64,000 nucleotides of DNA from Bacillales bacterium UBA4682 (GTDB taxonomy: Bacteria > Bacillota_I > Bacilli_A > RFN20 > CAG-288). The DNA is taken from assembly GCA_002404995.1 (NCBI GenBank), contig DHKY01000014.1, positions 7,524 to 71,523 of the forward strand, in the 5' to 3' direction. The notes below the pieces were generated by a model. The model was not told the origin of the DNA, did no database searches, and saw only the letters and a list, made by a program, of their open reading frames with translations. Position 1 is the stretch's first letter, and the number at the start of each line of letters is the position of its first letter. Made by a program: the position numbers and the translations under genes. Of this stretch, positions 48,979 through 56,309 are shown piece after piece.

Positions 48979-49139
48979 CCATTGACTCTTTTCTTTCTAC
49001 GACTATAATTCTCAATCGGAAATGATGTCTTCCAGATATAGGGTCTGCCTATATCAAACCGCTTTGGATTATAAAGCTGATGACGTCTATGCTGGTTTTC
49101 AGCATAGAGGAAATCAGCTTTTTTCATAGGAGGTAGAAG

Positions 49140-50393
49140 ATGTCTATTTTCTTCACTTTGTTTCTGATTATTTTCGGAGGTGTGGTTCTTAACAAGCTGG
49201 CAAAGAGGGTTCATGTTCCTCCTCTTGTTCTGTATCTGCTTTATGGCATTCTTCTTTCTGTATTAGAAGAAAAGTTCGATTCTTCCTTTACTTTCCTCGA
49301 TTCCGGAGTCAGGAATATTTCTTCAGCTATTCGGAAGGTCGCCTTAATTATCATTCTTCTTAAAGCAGGGCTCTCTCTTAATCTATCCGATTTAAAGAAA
49401 GTTGGTAGACCAGCTATTCTAAGGTCTTTTCTTCCAGCCTGTACGGAAAGGGTAGCCGTAGGTATCTTTGGCAAGAGGATTCTGGGTTTAAGCTACACTG
49501 AGAGTTTTCTTCTTGGTTCCGTGCTTGGCGCCGTTTCTCCGGCAGTTGTCATTCCGAGGATGTCAAAACTGAGGGATGAGAAATACGGTACCGAAAAAGG
49601 AATTCCACAGCTTGTCATTGCCGGAAGCAGTATCGATGACATTATCAGGATTGTCTTTTATCAATGCTTCTTGACTAGGGAAAAAGGAGGAAGCCTTTCA
49701 GTGAGGACTTTCCTGAATATCCCCATTTCCATTGTCACAGGTGTCGGTTTGGGAATCCTTTTGGGTAGGCTCTTATCTTTTGTCTTTGATAAAGCAAAAA
49801 GGAACGATACCCTAAAACTGCTACTTCTTCTTTCCATCTGTTTCGGGCTTACTTATTTAGAAGACCTTGTCTCTCCTTATTTTGGATATTCTTCCCTTCT
49901 TTCCATCATTACCTGTGCCATTGTCCTCCATAAGAAAATAGAACCGGTATCCTTAGATCTTAAGAATAAGTTCAATGAAATCTGGTACTTAGCTGAAATC
50001 TTCCTTTTTGTCTTAGTCGGAGCGGGAATCAAGATTGAATATGCCGGCAAATTCTTCCTGCCTGCCCTTCTCCTGCTTTTGATTTCCCTTGCCTTCCGCA
50101 GCTTAGCTGTTACTGGTTGTTTAGTAAAAACCAAGCTGAACTGGAAGGAAAGAGGCTTTGTTGTCATAAGCTATCTTCCGAAAGCGACAGTCCAGGCCGC
50201 TATTGGAGGAGGATTATTGGATCTTGGGAACCAGCTTCTGGCCTCGGGAGCTGCAAATGCAGAAAGTGTCATAGCCGCAGGCACGATTGTTTTATCCGTT
50301 TCAGTCCTTGCTATTCTTCTCACTGCGCCAGCTGCAGCAATTTCAAGGAACCTTCTTTATCCCCATAGGCTGAGAAGAGAAGAGTGCAAATAG
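49140..50393 (+). CDS. Cation:proton antiporter-like membrane transporter (CPA/NhaP-like).
   Basis: About 12 transmembrane segments, 417 aa. N-terminal pattern typical of Na+/H+ exchanger family proteins. Confidence 0.55.
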   Translation: MSIFFTLFLIIFGGVVLNKLAKRVHVPPLVLYLLYGILLSVLEEKFDSSFTFLDSGVRNISSAIRKVALIIILLKAGLSLNLSDLKKVGRPAILRSFLPACTERVAVGIFGKRILGLSYTESFLLGSVLGAVSPAVVIPRMSKLRDEKYGTEKGIPQLVIAGSSIDDIIRIVFYQCFLTREKGGSLSVRTFLNIPISIVTGVGLGILLGRLLSFVFDKAKRNDTLKLLLLLSICFGLTYLEDLVSPYFGYSSLLSIITCAIVLHKKIEPVSLDLKNKFNEIWYLAEIFLFVLVGAGIKIEYAGKFFLPALLLLLISLAFRSLAVTGCLVKTKLNWKERGFVVISYLPKATVQAAIGGGLLDLGNQLLASGAANAESVIAAGTIVLSVSVLAILLTAPAAAISRNLLYPHRLRREECK

Positions 50394-50413
50394 CTCTAGC
50401 TAGAACATCGACT

Positions 50414-51118
50414 CTAAGAATCTTTTTTCTTTTCCTTTTCCGCTAATTGCTTTTTCAGTTCTTCGATTTCCTTATCCTTGGCTTGCAAAGCTTCATTCTT
50501 CTTTTCATCTGTCTTTTTCTTTTTTTCAAGGAAAACGTAGGAAAAGATTCTATAGATTTCAAAGCAAAAGCCGAGCGTACAAGGAATGATGACACAAAAA
50601 GCCATTCCCTTCTTTGACGTCAGAAAAAGCATGAATTTTCCGAGAGGGAGGTTGACAGAGACAACTTTTCCAATGATTTCGCCGCTTCTTCCGTCGCTGT
50701 AAAGCACCTGGCAATCATCTTCGACCGCATCCCCTTTAACGACGTACCTAAAAGTGCCGTCTTCCATTTTCACCAGATCTTCGATGATTCGATGCGTAAC
50801 GGTTTCATTTCCGAGACTTGTATAATTGAATGTCAGGATATCTCCCTTTTTCAGGCTGGAATAGAAAGCATCACTGTTGTCATTTACTTCATCCTTGATA
50901 AGCGAACCAATAGGAATTGTCTTAATCGGATACTCACTTTGTTCTTCCCCATCCATTGAAGAAGAAATTACGACAAGGTATTGGCTGTTTCCGATTCTTC
51001 CTCCCGTCACTCTTGAGGTAATCGAAAGACCAGCAAGCAAAAGAAGCAACACCAAAAGAAAATAGAAAAGAACGTTTCCAGTGATACGGAAGAAGGTTTT
51101 GATTTTTCCTTTATTCAT
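50414..51118 (-). CDS. sipW: SipW-type (ER/archaeal-type) signal peptidase I.
   Basis: N-terminal transmembrane segment. Catalytic Ser in LVVISSSMDGEE and His in ETVTHRIIEDL, then a C-terminal transmembrane segment and a K/E-rich tail. Last gene of the operon with TasA-like genes. Confidence 0.7.
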   Translation of the reverse strand: MNKGKIKTFFRITGNVLFYFLLVLLLLLAGLSITSRVTGGRIGNSQYLVVISSSMDGEEQSEYPIKTIPIGSLIKDEVNDNSDAFYSSLKKGDILTFNYTSLGNETVTHRIIEDLVKMEDGTFRYVVKGDAVEDDCQVLYSDGRSGEIIGKVVSVNLPLGKFMLFLTSKKGMAFCVIIPCTLGFCFEIYRIFSYVFLEKKKKTDEKKNEALQAKDKEIEELKKQLAEKEKKKDS

Positions 51119-51214
51119 AATAAATTCTATTGATAATGCAGTAGCAATCGAGATCTAAGGCAATAATTTAAATAAATGAGGCAGAGAAAACTCTGCCTCA
51201 TTGCTGAAAAGACT

Positions 51215-53155
51215 TTAGCGGGTGAAAGCCTGCTTCACTCCATCAAGGTTAAAAACAACTTTGTCTGTCTTAGAGGGTCCGCCATTTCCTTCATAAGTGG
51301 AATTGCGAACGCCGAATAAGCCAGCCTTGCCATCAATTATTCCCTTTCCAAAGTTTCCAGACCAAGTCGATTTGTTGAAGTTGACAGTCCAGAGAGTATT
51401 CGGAGCCTGACCAGCAGAATTATCGAGAGAAATAACTGTATATTTCAGATCATTCTCGCTGCCAGCCTCATAAGGAGTCTCATTCGTGCTGACAAAGGTG
51501 CAGTCATTAATATCGACAATAACGCCCCTAGGTGCCTCTACATCCTTGAAAAGCTTGATTCCAGCTTTCTTTCCGGAGAAAGAGCAATTATTGAATTCGA
51601 AGTGGGTACCGGCATAAAGGTATACGTTATCGGATTCACTGATGAATTTGCAGCCATCAAAGACAGCCGAAGATCCCTCTTGTCCAGCTGCTCCGTTGGA
51701 GCCAAAGTTTTTCCTCAAGCCATTGATGGTGCAATGGTCAAAATGAAGTGAATTAGCCCGGACAAAGCCAATATTGTTGGAGCTGCCAGTTGCCATAAGG
51801 GTCCTATCTGCAAAGGAAGCATTAGCACCATTATCGAAGGCATAACTAGAAGAATCGGAAATGACAAGTTTAGAGTCTTCGCCTTTACCCTGGAATGCAA
51901 TGCGAACTCCATTGAATTTCGATCCGGCATCACCAAGGTTGAATTCGCCGGAAGGAAGGACAATTTCGTTCAAGGCATCTTTTACGATCGTAACATCCTT
52001 AAGCGAGCCGCCTTCCTGGATTTCAACGTGATTCTTCTTCTCCTGAACAACATAGTAATCACCATCCTGGACAACTTCATAGCCTTCGGCTACAAAGTTT
52101 GCAGCAACGCCGTCCGGTTCAGTCCTGGAATTCGAAGGATCATACTTATAGAAACGACCGCCTTTGACAACAATCTTTGCTGTACCAGCCGTGTAATTTT
52201 TGTCAAGACAATTCAAAGTCCACTTCGGAGTGACCGATTTGAAAGTGCCGCCGTTAATTTCGATTTCTCCTTCTTCGGCATAGATCAAATCATATTGGGA
52301 ATCCGTTCCAGTAACTTCCTGGGTATAGTAACCATCATTAATGACAATTTTTCCGCCATTAGAAACCATGACTGCCATGGCATATTTATTTGTCTCAAGA
52401 GCCGTAACTTTTCCATTGCCTTCGACAGTCAGGACAGAACCGGCCTTTTCATTCCGGATAACACCTGAGCCAGAACCGGTAATCTGTAAATTATCGATGT
52501 TCTTAACACCGTCTTTGACCGTGTAATCAGAAGTAACCGCATTGCTCTGAACCGCTTCCGTAACCAAGGAAAAAGCAAGACTGGGGTTCTCGACCTGAGT
52601 AGCGGTAGCTGGCATTTCGATAGTGAATTCGAAGCTGTCGATTGTTTTAGCAGCCGGAGAAGCCTCACTCCAGCGTCCAGTATTGAAATGCATATTGCTG
52701 GTTTCTGTAATTTTGAGCTGATTAAAGAAATCCCTGCTGGTTCCTTCGGCTAAAAGCATTTTCTGGCAATACTTAATCTTGACGGTACTATTATTGACAA
52801 TATCGACTTTCAGAACAACTTTATCACCCGGCCTCCTTTTATCAATAGAAACAACGTTTTCATCGACACTGGCGTTTCCGAAAGAAAGAGCAAGTTTCTT
52901 CTTTCCGCTATCATTCGTAAGAGTTTTCACATCCGAGTCAGCATAAGTTCCATCCATGTTGATATGTTTCAAATACGATGTGCTCTTAAGCGAAATGTTT
53001 TCTTCGACATTGACTTTTCCGGCAACAACGTTGATTTCTGCCTCAGCTTTGCTGGTAAAGAGAGCATAAGTCGCAGTCGCCGCAGCGGTTCCGAATGCAA
53101 GAGCTCCTAAAACAGATAGTAAAATACCCTTCCCTAATTTTTTTGTCTTTTTCAT
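51215..53155 (-). CDS. TasA/camelysin-like (SipW-cognate signal class) secreted protein, fused to a large C-terminal right-handed parallel beta-helix domain (646 aa).
   Basis: N-terminal LGALAFGTAAATATYALFTSKAEA matches the SipW-cognate motif (GGGTFAYFSD). The C-terminal ~350 aa show N..G...C.F/N.S beta-helix rungs (DHCTINGL, DGCKFISE, NNCSFSGK, NDCTFVST). Confidence 0.65.
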   Translation of the reverse strand: MKKTKKLGKGILLSVLGALAFGTAAATATYALFTSKAEAEINVVAGKVNVEENISLKSTSYLKHINMDGTYADSDVKTLTNDSGKKKLALSFGNASVDENVVSIDKRRPGDKVVLKVDIVNNSTVKIKYCQKMLLAEGTSRDFFNQLKITETSNMHFNTGRWSEASPAAKTIDSFEFTIEMPATATQVENPSLAFSLVTEAVQSNAVTSDYTVKDGVKNIDNLQITGSGSGVIRNEKAGSVLTVEGNGKVTALETNKYAMAVMVSNGGKIVINDGYYTQEVTGTDSQYDLIYAEEGEIEINGGTFKSVTPKWTLNCLDKNYTAGTAKIVVKGGRFYKYDPSNSRTEPDGVAANFVAEGYEVVQDGDYYVVQEKKNHVEIQEGGSLKDVTIVKDALNEIVLPSGEFNLGDAGSKFNGVRIAFQGKGEDSKLVISDSSSYAFDNGANASFADRTLMATGSSNNIGFVRANSLHFDHCTINGLRKNFGSNGAAGQEGSSAVFDGCKFISESDNVYLYAGTHFEFNNCSFSGKKAGIKLFKDVEAPRGVIVDINDCTFVSTNETPYEAGSENDLKYTVISLDNSAGQAPNTLWTVNFNKSTWSGNFGKGIIDGKAGLFGVRNSTYEGNGGPSKTDKVVFNLDGVKQAFTR

Positions 53156-53169
53156 CTTTATATTCCTTT

Positions 53170-53811
53170 CTATTTCGTCACCTGAACAACATGAACAGAG
53201 ATGTCGGCATCAAGGCTTTGGCCTTGAACAAGATTGTTTTCTTCGTCGTCAACAAACTCGAAGGAAAGCGAGAACTTCTTCTTTGCATTCTTATCGACAA
53301 TCGAATTATCCTGATCTTCCAATGAAAAATGAATCTGAGTAAGAATAGAAGCATCTTGCCCCAATTCTTTTCCATCCGCATCGTAGGCTTTCTTTGTCCT
53401 TGCAAGCTGATAGGTAAAGGCAACGTCACCCTGATTCACCAAGGTAAACTCAGCCTTTCCGCCCATCGTAGGAGCAATCTCCACCTGGGGGAACACGCTT
53501 TCCTTATATAATGACAAATCTACACCACCGATATCTTTGTCATATACGCTTTTCCCATCGGAAGTATACTTGCTCAAATCAATAGTCTTCTCGGATGGCC
53601 GTCCAGTAGACTGGTCAATTTCATCCCTTGTAAGAGACGTAAGATACAAGCCTGCCTTCACTCCCTGCCCAATAGTCAGATGAGCGTTCACCTTCTTCTG
53701 GCTTGAGAAAAGAGCATAGGTCGTACCCACGGCAGCACTAATTAAAAGCAGTGCCGCGGACCTGCTGGCAACAAATTTACTATGGAAACTAGGATTCTTC
53801 TTGTTTTCCAT
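53170..53811 (-). CDS. TasA/CalY/camelysin-like (peptidase M73 fold) SipW-cognate secreted protein (213 aa).
   Basis: AALLLISAAVGTTYALFSSQKKVNAHL is a SipW-cognate signal peptide. The size and position match tasA/calY-type fibre subunits. Confidence 0.65.
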   Translation of the reverse strand: MENKKNPSFHSKFVASRSAALLLISAAVGTTYALFSSQKKVNAHLTIGQGVKAGLYLTSLTRDEIDQSTGRPSEKTIDLSKYTSDGKSVYDKDIGGVDLSLYKESVFPQVEIAPTMGGKAEFTLVNQGDVAFTYQLARTKKAYDADGKELGQDASILTQIHFSLEDQDNSIVDKNAKKKFSLSFEFVDDEENNLVQGQSLDADISVHVVQVTK

Positions 53812-53844
53812 TTAACCTCCTTTTATATCTTTAACAGCGATTCT

Positions 53845-54405
53845 CTAGAAAAGTCGCTGAAAAAAGATCACCCTTATCTTTTCCCGGATTTCCAGGAAAA
53901 CACCATTGAGAAAAAGCAATCTTTCCCCCCAAACTTCTTCGGGGACATCCTCGGAGACCCGAAAATAGAAAGAATATTCAGTGGATTTATTTGCAGACAA
54001 AGAGGCCTTATCAATCGCCATAAGACCCCTAATATAAGAGAGGGATTTATTATCAATGATTTTTTCTTTGTCTCTGATTATTGAGACAGAAACATAAGGA
54101 TAAACGGATTCGGTCTCCTGTTTTTCAAACGAGAGGGAGACGTCAATGCTTCTGCTGACTTTGGAAACAAGCTTAATTTCCTTGCTCTTCTCTTGGCCTA
54201 ATCCAATTGTGCCAAGATTGACAGACGAAACAATCTTGTCTTCGGTTTTATCCATAACAAGAACATCATTCGAGTGGGAATTACAGAACGACAGCAAAGC
54301 GAGCGCAAAACAGAAAACAAACGTGAATATCAGAACGATAACGGCATACTTCCGTACATTCTTTTTCATTTTTATGGCTTCATGATACCCCCCCCCCGAA
54401 CCCAT
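53845..54405 (-). CDS. Membrane-anchored protein, first gene of the sipW-tasA-like operon. Its 5' end contains a G10 homopolymer (codons 3-6 if the ATG at 54405 is used; 18 nt upstream if MKKNVRK is the start).
   Basis: ATGGGTTCG-G9-TATCATGAAGCCATAAAAATGAAAAAG. MKKNVRKYAVIVLIFTFVFCFALALLSFC is a signal/anchor. Confidence 0.5.
   Translation of the reverse strand: MGSGGGYHEAIKMKKNVRKYAVIVLIFTFVFCFALALLSFCNSHSNDVLVMDKTEDKIVSSVNLGTIGLGQEKSKEIKLVSKVSRSIDVSLSFEKQETESVYPYVSVSIIRDKEKIIDNKSLSYIRGLMAIDKASLSANKSTEYSFYFRVSEDVPEEVWGERLLFLNGVFLEIREKIRVIFFQRLF
54388..54397. repeat. Poly(C)10/poly(G)10 homopolymeric tract, a candidate slipped-strand phase-variation switch.
   Basis: Only C/G homopolymer of 8 or more in the 64-kb window. 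Located at the 5' end of the fibre operon's first gene. Confidence 0.6.
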
Positions 54406-54711
54406 CTGTCAATTCTTTTTTTGTCCTTTCGGCGGCAAGTTATTTGATAAATTTTTTCTTTTTTTAATTATAAAAGCGGAAACATTCCTTGTTTTTCAGA
54501 TATTTTTAATAAAGCAACTTAATTTTTCAGAATGTAGATATCTACATAAAACTTTTAGAAATAAAATGTGTACCTTGTTTTGCTTCTTTTGCTTCATGCA
54601 GTCCATTCCTCAAGTCCAAGGAGTATTAACCCTTGGTTGGAGTCATGCGTTATACTGTCTCCCATTAATTCTGCAAACCACTGTTCTTTTCTATTTTTTG
54701 TTCAATGGAGG

Positions 54712-55389
54712 TTATTTTGCTAAAGAATAGCTTTCTTTTATTAGTTCTATGATTTCTTCATCCCTCCTTCTATCGTCAAGAAGGATGGTATACCAATGCT
54801 TTTTGTTCCTATGGTAGCCTGGGAAGAAACGTTTATTATCGATGGAAGAAATTCGGCTTTCCTCTCCTCTCAAATCCAGGACATCAAAGACTTGTTTTCC
54901 GTCTAGTCCTAGTTTCTCTGCTTCTACTTCCCTAAATAAGCAATACCATTTCCGGTTTCCCTTCTTCCGGATAATTGCATCCGTTGGGAACTTCGACCAA
55001 AGATGTTCTAAGCTATCCTGATAGTAGTCCGTGATAAATTCAATGATTCGTTCTTTCTGTGTCTTCTTTTTTATCGTGCAGGAAGACAGGATGTTTTCTG
55101 TGATCGTATCGTATTCTTCTTTCACAAGGCTTGCATAGCCACTAGCTCCGTTGACATCCACAAGTTCATACTCTTCACGAAAGTCATTATCAATCAGATG
55201 ACACTCCAGAACATTATCCTTCAAAGTATATTGGGCAGTAAAAGGATAGGACAGAAGAGGCTTCTCAAAGAAAAGTCCGACGTTCTTTTCCTCAAATCCT
55301 AGCTTGCGGAATCCATTTAAATCTACTTCTCTATTTTTCAGTTCTATTTTTCTCATTCTAGCTATCCTCTTCCCTAGTGATTTTATCAC
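54712..55389 (-). CDS. MmcQ/YjbR-family DNA-binding protein with an N-terminal extension.
   Basis: C-terminal RKKGNRKWYCLFREVEAE...KHWYTILLDD matches YjbR/MmcQ family hallmarks. Confidence 0.6.
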   Translation of the reverse strand: MIKSLGKRIARMRKIELKNREVDLNGFRKLGFEEKNVGLFFEKPLLSYPFTAQYTLKDNVLECHLIDNDFREEYELVDVNGASGYASLVKEEYDTITENILSSCTIKKKTQKERIIEFITDYYQDSLEHLWSKFPTDAIIRKKGNRKWYCLFREVEAEKLGLDGKQVFDVLDLRGEESRISSIDNKRFFPGYHRNKKHWYTILLDDRRRDEEIIELIKESYSLAK

Positions 55390-55503
55390 GGAAGCAGAGT
55401 CACCGAGCCTTCAGATAAGAATAGGGATACTCCCATTTCATAAACACTTGTTGTTTATGTGAATGGAAACCAATACAATAGATACAGAGGTGGAAATAAA
55501 AAG

Positions 55504-56133
55504 ATGAAAGGAAAAATCATTTTCGGTTTAAGGCTGTCTTGCTGCTTATTCGGATGTTCAAGCAATACCAGTGGCATCATCGACTGCTACACAATCGAAG
55601 TGACTAGCGGAGGAAAATCTGTTTTAAATAAGACCTATTCTTCAAGCTTTGGAAAAGTCTACGAATACAGAAACGAGAACGGGGATTCGATTTACCTCAG
55701 TAGTAATGTCAAAGGAACAGACTACTATTCTTCTTACTCTGATGATCAAGATGCCGAAATCCGTGTTTTCAAAGACAGATATACGACGGAATATACTACC
55801 TACACTTATCTAGGCTTTATCGGTTTTCTTACCATTGAGCAAAACTATTACTACAATACCATCCGTAAGATCATCGACTGCGAAACCAAATGCAGGGAGT
55901 ATCGGTATGAAAAAAATCCAGACAATCTGCAAGCAAATAATCCAAAAGCCTATGCCTGTGCAAAACAAGGATATTACAAGGTGAATTCGACAACCCAATC
56001 AAAAGACGCTTCTACCAAGAAGTTCTACTACCCTCTAATTCTGGACTTAGAAGATAAATCCTTAGTCAGGCATACCTATTTCAAGCTTGGCGAAGATAGT
56101 ATCGTCTCCTACAAAGTGAAGTGGTTCGAATAA
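55504..56133 (+). CDS. Small lipoprotein, paralog of 46806..47456.
   Basis: MKGKIIFGLRLSCCLFGC lipobox. Alignable with the 46806 gene over the full length (IDCYTIEVTSGGKSV...VYEYRNENGDSIYLS...IDCETKC). Confidence 0.6.
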   Translation: MKGKIIFGLRLSCCLFGCSSNTSGIIDCYTIEVTSGGKSVLNKTYSSSFGKVYEYRNENGDSIYLSSNVKGTDYYSSYSDDQDAEIRVFKDRYTTEYTTYTYLGFIGFLTIEQNYYYNTIRKIIDCETKCREYRYEKNPDNLQANNPKAYACAKQGYYKVNSTTQSKDASTKKFYYPLILDLEDKSLVRHTYFKLGEDSIVSYKVKWFE

Positions 56134-56309
56134 TCCGGCTACGAAGTCATTAAGATTGCGAAAACAAGCAAAAGCAAAAGATGATACTATAGAATTTAAT
56201 ATGCTGTTTTCCCTTTGATTTTGCTTGACAATAGTTGCAATTTAAAATATCATATTTATGTAATCGCTATCAACCTATTGAGTAGGGATCACTCAGGAAA
56301 GAGGTAAAA

